From the human T2T-CHM13v2.0 reference genome, Homo sapiens: DNA of 64,000 nucleotides. This document shows, one piece after another, positions 1 through 18,906 of this stretch. How positions within the stretch are numbered: position 1 is the first letter of the stretch; every line of letters starts with the position of its first letter. Position numbers and translations under genes: made by a program. A model generated the notes under the pieces. The model made no database searches and had not been told where the DNA came from. It saw only the letters and a program-made list of their open reading frames with translations. The DNA lies in the NCBI RefSeq assembly GCF_009914755.1, contig NC_060939.1, one strand, 5' to 3'.

Positions 1-1169
1 GCTAGTGATTACCATATTGGACAGCACAGTTCCGAAGTATATTCTTTAATCCAGTGATTCTGTAACAGGGAAAGACTTCCCCTCCTTCTGTAAAATCTGA
101 ATTTATTTGCTCATCATTCACTGAGCAAAGATTTATTGAGGTTCACTTTGTGCCCTGCATTGTGGTGGTCACTAAGGATGGGATGGGGCAAGATGGACAT
201 GGGCCCTGTCCTCAAGGTTCTTGTAGTCTAATGGACTCAGTTTGGTTGGGCCATGGGTGTGTTCAACATTGAAGTCTGCTGAGAAATCGGAGGATGAATC
301 CAAAGCAAAGTTATAAAGTGGAGTGGTTTCTGTTAAGGCATTGAGATGTCCCCAGGAGAGGTGTGGGGTTTGGTGAAGGATCGAGGCTTTCCCACTCCTA
401 CTGAGATAACCTGTAAAATGAGAAGCAGGTACAGGGATGAGGGAGGTGAGTTTGGAGGATGGGGTGTAGTTGTTGGTGAACCTGGTGTTTCAGGTGTGTG
501 TGGGGTGCTTATTGTGAAGGAAGTGGGGGAGGAGGACGTACTGTGCTAGTACAGCTGTGCCTGTCCTGGGGATGTGGGGGAACAGTTGGGGAAGATTCAG
601 CTCCTGAGAAACCCCTAGCAATCCGAGCTCTCATTCTGTCACTGTGACACGACATACACACATCTCTCGTTAGGTCTCTCCCTAGAGAAAAACTATTTTT
701 AGGCCATGATTGGGTGGGTGTGGATGCATTGAACCAAGAAGCTTCCTAAGAATTTTTAGGTCCTTCTGCTCATGACTCATCAGGTTCTGCTCCTAATTCT
801 GCAGAAGCAGCTCCAACCATAGGCTTCTGGTGGAAGGATGAGGGAAGGGGCTGTGATAGGATGTCACTCCTGCGCTGATGACATGTTCGGAGCTGGGATG
901 ATTATGAGTGATGGTTTGTGAAGCAGACCCTGCGTCCTACTGGTATATTTAAGTTCGTGGTTTTGAACCTGTTAGTAGGGTGCTTGGAAAGCTGGTGAGG
1001 CCAGGGAAGCTTCTAGTGAGGCTAGGGAAGCTCAGGAACCCTAAATAGGAATAATGACAACCATAGCCACCATTTATTGAATACTAACATATGCCAGGCA
1101 TTTTGCATGCATTATTTCATTTAATTCTCACAACAGTCCTATGAAGTCAGCTAATGTTATGAGTCCCCA

Positions 1170-2149
1170 TGTAACTGAGTGCCCCGAAATGAGTTGTCTT
1201 CTCTCCCCTTTCCCACTGTTCCCTATTTTCTACTTAGCCCTTCAGAAATGCAAATACAACCTTTCACCTCCCCCTCACCAGACACTCCCTGCAGACAAGT
1301 TCTTCTGTGTGCTCCAAGACAGATCTCTCTTGAGAGTTGGCAGATTTGCAGACCAAGTCATGCCCACCACGGAACTTTCACCTCCAGAGGGTTGCCTTGG
1401 GACATTCATCCACAAGGAGGGCACAGCAAAATCACACCCTTTTCCCACTTGGCCACTTTTACAACTTCTGCCCAGGAAGGTGCCAACTCAACCGGATGGT
1501 AAATAAGGCACCAAACTAGCAGTGGGACCCCCTGCCCTTATTCATTCCCCTCTTACTTTATCAAAGTGTCTCCTTTCTGCTCCAGAGGGGAAGTAGCACA
1601 TTTGAAGGCAGGACACTTTGTGCCCCTCCCCAAGCTAGTGTGAAAGGAAAATAAATCTTGGGGCCCTGAAATCATGAAGCTAAAGGAAAAAGTCAAGCTG
1701 GGAACTGCTTAGGGACCTTTGTTCACTGAAATAAGTGCATATCTGATTGCTTCCTTTGGAGAGGCTAATCAGAAACTCAAAAGAATGCTGTTTGTCTCTT
1801 ATCTACCTATGACCTGTAAGCCCCCTCCCCGCTTTGAGTCTTCCCACCTTTCCAGACCGAACCAGTGTTCATCTTGCATATGTTGACTGACGTCGCATGT
1901 CTCCCTAGCACGTATAAAAGGGAAAACTTTGCTCTGACCACCTTGGGCACATGTCGTCAGGACTTCCTGAGGCTGTGTCACCGGTGCACATCCTCAACTC
2001 TGGCGAAATAAACTTTCTAAATTAACTCAGACCTGTCTCAGATTTTCAGAGTTCACACCAGCTTTGCAATAAATTCACTTTTTAAATATCTGGCCTTGCT
2101 CTTGTTGGACTGTACATGCGACGAGCAACCAACCTGCATTTCAGTTACA
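1170..2149 (+). mobile_element. ERV1-type solo LTR (family not identified) containing a nested MER4 LTR
   Basis: Inverted termini TGTAACTGA...TCAGTTACA; 4-bp TSD CCCA (1166-1169 / 2150-2153); AATAAA at 2068. Confidence 0.75.
1639..2057 (+). mobile_element. MER4A-like solo LTR
   Basis: Begins TGTGAAAGGAAAATAAATCTTGGGGCCC...AAGTCAAGCTGGGAACTGC and ends TTCACA; TATAAAA at 1913; AATAAA at 2007; TSD ctag/ccag. Confidence 0.8.
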
Positions 2150-2496
2150 CCCACTTTACCAACGAAAAAACTGAGCCTGAAGAGGTCAAATAATTTATCT
2201 AAGGTCACACTGACTCAATCTAAATTCAAACTCAGGGTCAGTTCTTCCCCATTGGGAGGCTATATATATGAAATGACCTGGCATAAACCCCCTGATAACA
2301 GTTAGTTTCTTTCCATTGTCGACGAAAAGTCAAACTCTGTAAAATATTTGAAGAGATTTATTCTGAGCCAAATATGAGTGACCATGGCCCATGACACAGC
2401 CTTCAGGAAATTCTGAGAACAGGTGCCCAAGGTGGTTGGGGACAGCTTGGTTTTACACATTTTAGGGAGACATGAGACTTCAATCTAAAACATTTA

Positions 2497-2878
<382 letters not shown>

Positions 2879-3156
2879 TTATAGGTAGATTTAAAATTTT
2901 TATGGTTGAATATTGGTTGAGTTTATCTAAGGACCTGGGAGCAACAGAAAGGAAATGTCTGGGTTGCAGTAAGAGGTTGTGGAGACCAAAGTTTTGTCAT
3001 TCAGATGAAGCCTTCAGTTATCAGGCTTCAGAAAGAATAGGCTGTAAATGCTTTTGATCAGACTTAAGGCATGTGTTAATGTTAAATGCTGACAAGTATA
3101 ATGAGGGGTGTAGGACCCCCACTTCCAGTCTTCGCCTAAACCAGTCTCTCAGGTTA

Positions 3157-3463
<307 letters not shown>

Positions 3464-3496
3464 TTATGAGTCCCTTGGACAAGAATGAAGTCCCTT

Positions 3497-3839
3497 TGAG
3501 ACAGCTGGGTGGGAAGGGCTCCCTGGCAGAACCTCTGACAGCCCGCACACTGGGAGAAATGCGCACTGGGGTGGAGCCGTAGGAAGTTAGCGCCCTTGGC
3601 AGGGAAGGAGCCTGGTCTTTCTCTCTTGTTCCGGGGTATGGTACCTGGGATTCAGTCTGCGAGGCAGGACACACACTAGCAGGACCCTGGCTTTGCAGAG
3701 AGTCCCTGTTTCCCTTTTTTTCCTTTTTGCCCAATAAATCCCATTTTTCTCACCCTTCAAATTATCTGCGAGCCTCATTTTTCATGGTCGTGTGACAAGG
3801 ACCCTGCCTGTAGCTTAACTAGGGAAAAGTCATATAACA
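3497..3839 (+). mobile_element. MER61-like solo LTR
   Basis: TGAGACAGCTGGGTGGGAAGGG...GCGCACTGGGGTGGAGCC...AATAAA...AACA; TSD cctt/catt. Confidence 0.65.
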
Positions 3840-3951
3840 CATTCAGATGGTTGGCCTTAGAATTTTATTTTTGGTTTACATCATCCTTAGATTAGTCCCT
3901 GAGGAGAGAATCTACCTGAATTAGACTAAATTAACTAGATGTGTCCAGTAG

Positions 3952-4346
<395 letters not shown>

Positions 4347-4414
4347 TAATGCTAGATGTTGTATGTGCTTTATTTTAGTTAATCCCTAAAGCAACCTTGT
4401 GAATGAAGTTCAAG

Positions 4415-5061
4415 TGAAATGCCTAACCTTGTTTTTACTCTAACTTGCTACTTTGAATCTTCCCTGTTTGTCTCTTTAGTCACCTAGCCTTGCTTCTCAT
4501 GTAAATAAGACTCTCTCTAGCTGGGAAAGCCGGACAAACTCCAATTGACCCCTTAATTTACAAGACACTAAGGGCTCCTTACCCAACCCCCTTCCGTAAG
4601 GAGTTGACCTGTGTAAACAGATCCTCAGCATTTCAAAGGAGCCCAATTAACTGATAAGGTACTAGCACCAACAATGTATGAAGTTCCCAGGATTTTTCTC
4701 AAGGAGATAACAACATAAAGCCCTGAGTTCGTGTCTGGCATAGCCCCTATAACTAATTATAAATGAAGGATTTAGAGCCCTGCACCTGGTACCGTTGCTC
4801 TTTTTGTAACCATTTGTCTTTTAAATAGTTTATCTCTTTGTAACCATTTGTTTTTTTATTCTTGCATCTTTTTACTTCTGTAGAATTATTGCATTTGAGT
4901 TCCCCTCCCCTTCCTAAACCTAGGTATAAAAGTTAATCAAGCCCCTTCCTCGGGGCCGAGAGAATTTTGAGCGTTAGCCGTCTCTTTGGCCGCTGGCTTA
5001 ATAAAGGACTCTTAATTTGTCTCAAAGTGTGGAGTTTTCTCTAACTCCTGTGGTTATAACA
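4415..5061 (+). mobile_element. LTR6-like (HERV-S71/HERV-T) solo LTR inserted in a MIR
   Basis: TGAAATGCC...TATAACA; perfect TSD CAAG (4411-4414 / 5062-5065); TATAAAA at 4925; AATAAA at 5000; 3' part matches my recollection of LTR6. Confidence 0.72.
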
Positions 5062-5884
5062 CAAGGTGTTATTCTGTTATATAGCTGAAGAAAAAGGCTT
5101 AGAGAGGTTTCCACCCTTCCCAAGATCACACATCTATTAAGTTCATACAGCTGAAACTGAACCCACTGTAGCCTGGATCCAAATCCTCTCCTTAATATCC
5201 TACCATGCTGGCTCACTAACAAAGTGGACAAGAGAAGAGACAGTAAGAGCATAGCCCCCTCAGGGTCTTTATTTGCAAAAAAAGTCAGAAAGCCTCTGGT
5301 AGTTCTAGGAGAGATGGGGACAGAGTGAAAGTAAGTGTACATACAGTTGGGCCATTATTGATAGAGCAGGCTCCTTCCCACCGGGCCCTCCTCACTCACA
5401 TCCGCCCTACCCACACAGCTTCCCCTGCAGGCAGGTTCTCTCTATGGCCTGGGGCAGCCACCCAGCCTCCTTAGGAGGCTTATAAGAGTGTCATGCAATT
5501 CTGCACTGGATAATTGACAGTGTTGGTCCCAGCTGGAGAATCTCACCATAAAGGCTAAGAGTGGGAATGCTGACCCAGACCAATTTGTATTGGAATCCCA
5601 GCTCTGCTACTAATTAGCTAACCTTGGGAAGTTACCTAACCTTTCTCTGCCTCAGTTTCCTCATTTGTACATCGGGGTAATAATAATTCATAGAACTGTT
5701 GCTAACAATTCGCTAACGCTGAAAAAGCTTTTAGAACAGTGCTTGGCAAGTACAGTGTGGAACACTCAATCAACATTTATTATCATTATACAGACAGCTA
5801 GACTGAGGCCTAGCAAAACAGAGTAACTTGTCCAGAGAGACACATTTAGCAAAGCTGGGACCAGAACCAGTTCTTCTGTCTGTT

Positions 5885-8490
<2,606 letters not shown>

Positions 8491-9675
8491 ATCAGAAACA
8501 CTTCTAAAACCAAATACACGTCAATGACTAATACACTAAATTATATAACACTTTGTTTCAAGGTTTAAAAAATATCCTGGACTTTGGAAAATATTCTTAT
8601 ATAAAGAAGCAAAAAGAGGATGGAATAGACTTGTGCTAACACTGAAACTCCAGTCAAGTTGTAAACTGAAAAAGAACGTGTTGAAACAAGGAATTGCCCC
8701 ATAGCCTTCACAGGTGAGTATGATAGATTAATGAATGGAAGTCCAGGAAACATTTCTTACCTTCACTTCAGTCCTTCATGCCCTGACTGAAGTCCAACAT
8801 TCACTGTGATCACTGTTTAAAGGTAAATGCTGCAGTAACCATTTAAGCTGTTAGCAGGTTTCCTCTCGAAAAGATGTGGGGTCAAATCTTCAAATGCTAG
8901 GAGAGTCAAGGGAGCAGAGACGGTCTGTCTTGCTTCAGGGCTAGCCTTGCTTTCATGAGGTCTCTAAAATTTTCCTACTGTAAAAAATCCTACTCTCTTA
9001 CCAAGAAATAGCCCAGTATATTTTGGAGAAAAACCAATCCATACACATTTTTCCCATAGCATCAGCTTTTTGTTGAAGTGACAAAAGTGTTAAAACAAAC
9101 AAACAAACACCAACTAACCACAAACCAATGTGCAGAAACTGGCAAGTGAAACACAGACAACAGGAATTTGAAAATCAAACCAGAAAAAAAAAATTTAAGT
9201 CCAGGAGACATGGAAGCAATTTGATAACTCACACAGTATCCTCTTCATGTTTATAGGGTAAGACCCATGGGCCAAACTTTAATTTGTAGTGCTCTGTAAA
9301 AGTTACATGAGAGCCTGTTAAACCAGAATGCTGCTTGAAAATGTTATTTTTGGTGATAACATTGGATTTTAAAACCTCCTATCTTAAACACATGACTCAT
9401 GTAGAGATTATATTTTGTTATAAGGCTTCATACTTTCTATTTGTGCCTAGTCTATTTCATAGCTTATAGCAATTATTATGGGACCACAGTTGAAGTCGAA
9501 ATATATCCAAAAAATATTATTTATGAATATACTAAAGTTTAGCATAATCAAGAGCTTGTAAGACTGTTACCCCAAATTAGTATTTAACATCTGACATGGA
9601 TCAAAAAAAATGACACATCAAAATAGAATAGCTAGGTAGACAATCAAATAATAAGTAACATCTCAATCTTTACTA

Positions 9676-9912
9676 GTATATATAATACATATATATAATA
9701 TATATAATACATATATAATATATATAATACATATATATTATATAATACATATATATAATATATATAATACATATATATAATATAAATACATATATAATAT
9801 ATATAATACATATATATAATATATATAATACATATATATAATATATATATAATACATATATATAATATATATATAATACATATATATAATATATATATAA
9901 TACATATATATG
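9676..9912. repeat. AT-rich minisatellite (~20-24 bp unit, CATATATATAATATATA(TA)TAATA)
   Basis: About 10 visible units; it generates the low-complexity ORFs 9644..9937 and 9738..10061. Confidence 0.95.
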
Positions 9913-9913
9913 T

Positions 9914-10973
9914 ATTTTTTTTTAAACAGGATCTCACTCTGTTGCAGTGTCACTGGAGTGCAGTGGTGCAGTCTTGGCTTCCTGCACCATCTGCCTTCCA
10001 GAATCAAGCAATTATCCAGCTTCAGCCTCCCGAGTAGCTGGGACCACAGACGTGCCACCATGCCTGGCTTATTTTTTTATTTTTTGTAGAGATGGGGTTT
10101 CACCATTGTTGCCCAGGCTGGGCTCAACTCCTGAGCTCAAAGTGATCCATCTGCCTCAGCCTCCCAAAGTGCTGGAATTACAGGCTCAGTCTATACTAGT
10201 ATATTTACAACTATATTTTATTACAATATTTATTAAATATTGTTGTCTTTTGCTAGGAAACTTAAAAACCTTAAAGAACATCATTTGTGAGCTCCCAATT
10301 GGCACAAATTACATAAGGTACTCTACACATATTTTTATTTTCTTAACTTTTTGTTATAACAAGTGAAAAATCTAAAAATCAACTGAATAAGCTTTTATGT
10401 TGAAAAGTATACTTAAATGATTCTGGTGATCATGGTGTTCTAGTAAGAAAAATGCTTTGCTAGTGATGTGACAGCGTACGGCATATGAATAATATTTGAA
10501 ATCTTGCTACTCTTTTCTTATATTCTGCCCCAAACCCAAAGGAAGTTTAAAATGAGAAAAAAGGTAAAGGTATGAAAGAACCTTTGGTGACTCAGGTGGC
10601 TTCAGACTTACCAGTCACAAAAACTTGCAAGCAGGTTCTAGGAGACTTCACTGCATCCATATATGCTGTTAATAGTGTTTTTTTTTTTTTTTGAGACGGA
10701 GTCTCACTCTGTTGCCCAGGCTAGAGTGCAGTGGTGTGATCTCGGCTCGGCTCGCTGCAACCTCCACCTCCTGGGTTCAAGTAATTCTTCCACTTCAGCC
10801 TTACGAGTAGCTGGGACTATAGGCACCTGCCACCATGCCAAGCTAATTTTTGTATTTTTAGTAGAGACGGGGTTTCACCATGTTGGCCAGGCTGGTCTCA
10901 AACTCCTGACCTCAAGTGCCCACTCCAGCCTCCCAAAGTGCTGGGATTACAGGCATGAGCCACCGCACCCGGC
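9914..10973 (-). mobile_element. Two antisense Alus (9914-10186, 10678-10973)
   Basis: Alu consensus with poly-T leading ends. Confidence 0.9.
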
Positions 10974-11000
10974 TTGTTATAGTCTTAAAACACTCTACAC

Positions 11001-11590
11001 CAGGGGTTAGTAAACGTTTCCTATAAAGGGCCAGATAGTAAATATTTTATGTCACTACGCAACTCTCCACGGTAGCATGGAAGCAGCCATAGACAATACG
11101 TAACTGAATGAGTGTGGTGTGTTCCGGTAACGCTTTATAGACACAGAAATTCACTTAAAGTCCATATAATTTTCACATGCCATGAAATATTTACTGTTTT
11201 TTTTTGGGGGGGGATGGGGACAGGGTCTCACTGTCACTCAGGCTAGAGAGCAGTGGCACCATCACGGCTCAGTGTAGCCTAGACCTCCTGAGCTCAAGTG
11301 ATCCTCCTATCTCTCAGCCTCCTGAGTAGCTGGGATCACAGGCATGTGCCACTATGCCCAGTTAATTTTTGTATTTTTTGTAGAGATGAGGTTTCACCAT
11401 GTTGCCAAGGCTGGTCTTGAACTCCTGGGTTCAAGCAATCCAGCTGCCTTGGCCTCCTGAAATGTTAGGATTACAGGCGTGAGCCACTGCACCCAGTGAT
11501 TTAATAGATGTAAAAATCATTCTTAGTTCTTGGGGCAAATAAAACAGGCTTGCAGGCCAGATTTGGCCTGGGAGGTATAGTGTAGACTGG
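11001..11590. mobile_element. MER58-type hAT-Charlie MITE interrupted by AluJ (11200-11497)
   Basis: caggggttagtaaac...ataaagggccagatagtaaatatttt...ggccagatttggcc. Confidence 0.75.
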
Positions 11591-11786
11591 TCCACACGAT
11601 TGGAGAGTCAGCAGGCTCTTACTCTCAGACTTCCTGGTGGTCCTCACCAGTCTATTTTACAGTGGCTTCTTTATTTCCTTTCTGCCACTGTTGATGGGAC
11701 TGTAGCGTCACTGCATGTGACTGATACCAAAAGAGAAAGGTTCTTTTAATTAATCTTTCCATACTATCCAGAAGATTTTTTTCAGT

Positions 11787-11792
11787 TTTATT
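11787..11792 (-). terminator. Candidate distal polyadenylation signal AATAAA
   Basis: Plus-strand tttatt at 11787-11792, with further hexamers at 11921-11926 and 12168-12173, just before the transposon-rich flank begins. Confidence 0.6.
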
Positions 11793-14098
11793 TCTTAAAC
11801 ATATAAGAGGGCATTATAAAATGACATTATAATTATAAAAGATTTTCTTTTAAGAACAATGTTTTTAGGCCTACTAATATTACTTAATAAAAAGAGCAGA
11901 TATTTAAGAGACTGTACATTTTTATTTAATAAACCACATGGCAAAACAATACTTTAATAAGTGTATAGGAAATTACAATGTGAAAGTTGCAAATACAGCA
12001 CATATATATATATATATATATACTTTGATCTTAATTAACATGGACAAACCCCAGCTTCAAAATCTTTCTAAAATCAATCATATGCAAAATACCTGGTTTC
12101 TGAAAGGGCATATGATAAAGTATATACAATTTCTTAAACTGTGATATGGCTTATTTAATAACATGTATTTATTGAGAGAAGCATAAACTTTCCAAATATA
12201 CAGTATCTTCCAGGTAGAAAGATGACATACTGGCACATTTCAATTTTGTGTTGCAGTTATCTGAGAATATACTAAATTGCACTATTTAAGTGGACACTGT
12301 CATAGATTTAACTGGGAAAGTCTCCATAAATGTTTTCCAATCTTATCAAAAAGCAAATTGGTCCTCAATGATTGGAACAGCAGGTTAAACCCTTTACAAG
12401 TCAGAATTCAGTGACTGGCAGGCCTGAGTGCACACATGTAATTCAATACTGAGGAACTCCCACAACACTGTCTTCTAATTTGCATGCTCCCACGAACATC
12501 ACAAATAATATACCTGATTGGCAATCAGTAAAACAAATCTCAAGACCTGGTTGTCAAGATTCATACGACACATCTGGAGTTAGGGTTTGCAAATTGTATT
12601 TTGGCTACAAAGATATTAAACTTTATCAATTATTCGAAGATCAGACTTGCCTCCCCTCAACATAGCATATAGTGATGGGTGTTCATTTATGACAAATAAC
12701 CAACTGGCTCATGAGCTTGGCTTGCTTCAAAGACAAAATGAACCAAATGAACTAATCTTCTATCTAGGAAACACTCTGTAACTTTAAATTTGCTATATAC
12801 AAATCAGAGCCAACAGCAAAATTGCCTAAAACCTTATTTCAAATGGGCTCATATTCTGTAAGAACACCATATTAAGTTGAGCCAATTAACATATATGCAT
12901 AAAAGGAAAATAGATTTAGCTAACTGCTTGTTTCAAAATCAAATAAGTCTACAAAAGCTGTGAGAGTGGCTGAGAAACACGACCCAAAGTCTTCTTAGCA
13001 ATGATATTCACTGGTGGTTGTGCAGTGTAGTCTCTTTGTCTACCACACTTACTCTACGAAGTCCAGTGTGCAGAGAAATCTGGATCTGGAACAACCAGCC
13101 ATTTTAAAAAGGTTCTTTCATACCTGGACATACATTTCTAAGCGGTGCCTTGTCTCTGAAAGATGATTTTCCTCACATTAAAATGAGAGAGAAGCTCACG
13201 TGTCTGATCTTGACTATGTCTATTCTGGAAAGTCTATGAAAGACAAACACTGTCAGGTGGAACACCTGGGTTCAAAAGGAACACTAAGTCTCGTAAGAGC
13301 AAGAAACTTAGTTTTAGAGAATGGAAATAAAGCACCCAAAGTTGAAAAGAAAACAGTAAAATAAGAAACCCGGTGATGTGGCAAAAAAACACTGATGGGA
13401 ACTCTAAGTTGTAAAAATCTGCACTCACATTACATAAGGCATAGCTAATGGAAATGTATGTAGGAATTACAATAGCTTCCAGTTCTGCATATCAAAACCT
13501 TCTGAGACATGCTTTCTTCAATTACACTCCCATTATGTTTCTAAGGCAGCATAATTGTTAGTGGAATAATAGGTCTTTTCCTGAAACAGACCAAAAGGTT
13601 GCATCTGGCCATAGTTGTGAAACACACGTTTATGTACACAAGTAACTCTGATTATTTGCAAATACTAATTAAAATATATCACACCAAAGAACTGCCAAGT
13701 TTTTATATTGTGGTCTGTGGTCCTGTCATAATCTGTTTTCCCAGTGCAAAATTAATAATGCTATGTGTTCATCCAACTCAGCCACTGCTTTTCACAGGGC
13801 ATAGAGCTCTTTGAGAGCTCAGCTGAGAAGTGTAATGCATGGTTGTAGCTCAACAAGTGAAGGATAGACCAAACGCTTTTTGTCAGAAGTCATTCAGTCC
13901 TTGGTCCTATCTGCTAAGTTAATGTCCTTTTCTGTGGGTTAAGTTACAAAAAGTGAAATCAAATTCTCAAATCTCATAGACTCCGTAAGGTAAAGATACA
14001 AACTATGTACTTTTTCCTACAAAAACAAAGCACAGGAAACTTTATGTGTACCTCACTTTAAGCAGAACACGATAGTTAAGATTTACAGAAGTTTTCAT

Positions 14099-16050
<1,952 letters not shown>

Positions 16051-17323
16051 CACACACATATATAAGGTCAAAAATCCTTTACATTTCTGTTTTCTCAAAG
16101 TAATATCTTCCCCCAACCCCTTGGACATTTCTGCTATGGTATTATTGGAAAACCTCAAAATTGTATTTTAGGGTTTCTGGAGTCCATGGAGAATCCCTAA
16201 CCCATATCATAAAACATAAAATATATAATAAAACATAACCCATATCATAAAACATAAAATTCTCTCTGGATTAATGTTGTTGAACTATATGTGAAAGGTG
16301 GGAATTATAAACTGAACCCTCTAGAGTTTACCCTGAAAGGCTAAACACACAGATGACCTGGAGTGGAGGCAGGAACCAACGTACCACATTTTTTGTACAA
16401 ATTGTTGGCAGTTCTTAAAGGGACAGAAGATTACTGTTTACATTTTGCAGTCTCTTGCTTTTTTAAGACAATTTCATGAATGATAAAAGTGATGTCGGGA
16501 AGACATAAACCTGAAACTCCAACCCCCATCCTCGCTCTTTTATTTTGTTTTAAATCATCATATAGTAATTTGAGTTTAAGACTAACTTCAGCCATTCAGA
16601 ATAATATTGAAAGTATTTCCTAAATCATTTAATAACAGTGACCACAATAAATAAAGATTTGGTTCTAAGATTACAAATAATGAAAAATGTTAACTTTGAG
16701 ATTCAAAACCCTGTAGCATCTGGAAAAGGTTGTTTATAAAGTATAATCATAACAATAACATTAAGACTTATGTGTGAAATAAAACATTTCTGAAACACTT
16801 AGGAATACATGCTTATTCCACTTTTGGGATAACTACTAGTACTTCCTGAAATCTGTTGGGTAGTAATTTCTGTAAAAAGAAAGCAGCAATTCCAGAAGCT
16901 GGGTGTCGAGATTATTATACATAATAAAAAAAATTCAGTTTTCCAGCACTGGCTTAATATAAAATGGCCTTAAAAAGTATTTTTAAATGCAAATATTGAA
17001 TTCTTGATGCTTCCTTTAAGACACGTACTCTGTCAAGTTAATGAAGTATGATCTTGGATTGTCTTCTATGAGGTATCTGTAGAGTCACATCTCATTCTGT
17101 AAACAGTGTTTGGGAAACATCTTCATCTGAAAATTATGGCAAAGTCTCCTTTTACCATTAAACAGAGACTAGCACTGTCAGGCTGGGGCAACTGTTTGAG
17201 AGACTGATGCTTGATACGGACACAGCTGTCAGGGATTCCATTTTCTCATTTAGGTTTGCATTTATTGCTCTCAAGTCTGTGACTGCAGGATAAATAAGGC
17301 AGGAGTTCCCAAAATACATAAAA

Positions 17324-17478
17324 TTAGGGACTAGAACTCTGACAATTTGCACAAGTTCTGTCCACTTCTTGCCTGTAACTCTGAAGCTGAATAGTACATC
17401 TATACATGCCAAATGTGTTCAATAATAAATGGTTTGCTTTGGACTGTACTTCCTCCCATTTAGATGAACTTCCAGGAA
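17324..17478 (-). CDS. SLC30A4: SLC30A4 exon 8 coding part ([11 protein letters not shown]...CANCQSSSP*)
   Basis: Acceptor attgcag|TT; TAA stop at 17326-17324; 155 nt; total CDS 1290 nt, divisible by 3. Confidence 0.95.
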
Positions 17479-17872
17479 CTGCAATGTCAAGAAAATATCA
17501 TTACTATCCATTGTACAGTTACATCTTGAATAAGATACAGGGAAAAAAACAACTGAAATATACTGGGAATATATTTTTATTAGTCTGATTTCTACCCTCT
17601 CTAAGCTATTCTGTTAGATAAGTAGGTCAATTTACACATCCTTAATGGCTTCTCATTATTCTAACCTCTCCAGTCTACTCTCAGGTAGAGAAAAAATACC
17701 AGACATCAGTTACAAACCTGTCATTAAAATATCTTGTGCACATTAAAAGTAAACCTCATGCATGTATTATTTTGATTTAAAAAGCATCAATAGCATCAAT
17801 CTGTGAAATGACTTGAAGAAATAAAAATGTAAGAATCTAGCTTTTCCTATGTAGAAAAGAGCATGGGAAATA

Positions 17873-18483
<611 letters not shown>

Positions 18484-18771
18484 GGAAATATTCTTAATAC
18501 CTTTAATCTGAAGGTTAAAATCAGTTTGTAATATCTCAAAGAGATAGAAAATTATTGTTCTGGTATCAATACTGACCTGCAACTTACCCTTTAAAGAGCC
18601 TTTTGTTTAAGGCTGTTAACAAAAGCCTTTGTTTTTTAAAGACAAAGGCTTTTGTCTTAAAACAAATCTTTTCAGCAGAAAAGTCTTCCTACATAATTAT
18701 AAGCAGGGATGTTTAGTTTCAAAGGCAGAAGTCCACCAACCCCAGGCCCACATTTACTACCAGCAACATAC

Positions 18772-18906
18772 TTAGCTGTATGTGAACTATGGCAGTAGAT
18801 TTTCCTGAAGTGAGAGACCAGATATTTAAATCTTCGACTGAATATACATCTTCTATTTTCATCAAGGCTTCTTTGATATAGTCTACATTCAAATGGCTTG
18901 GCACAC
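18772..18906 (-). CDS. SLC30A4: SLC30A4 exon 7 ([15 protein letters not shown]...IVHIQL), C-terminal domain
   Basis: ORF 18719..18904; acceptor ctaatag|GT; donor A|GTATGT; 135 nt. Confidence 0.95.

Larger units (their letters stand above)
1050..2215. mobile_element. MIR split by an LTR insertion
   Basis: catttattg...ctcacaacagtcctatgaag...cccca (to 1169) resumes as ctttacc...aaactgagcctgaagaggtcaaataatttatctaaggtcacac (after 2153), matching the MIR core. Confidence 0.7.

Noticed and set aside
1141-1519. Three overlapping ORFs of 60-121 aa
   Set aside because: They lie inside an LTR and show no gag/pol/env similarity.
9644-10061. Tyr/Ile-rich ORFs; spaced-repeat appearance
   Set aside because: Product of the AT minisatellite. 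There are no unique spacers and no cas genes in this eukaryotic DNA, so it is not a CRISPR array.
16198-16261. 25-bp direct repeat in the 3'UTR (also short repeats at 28053-28090 and 28144-28192)
   Set aside because: Ordinary slippage duplications with no evidence of function.
17158-17412. 84-aa alternative-frame ORF overlapping the last exon
   Set aside because: Non-ATG start, no domain, and no splice route I can support.
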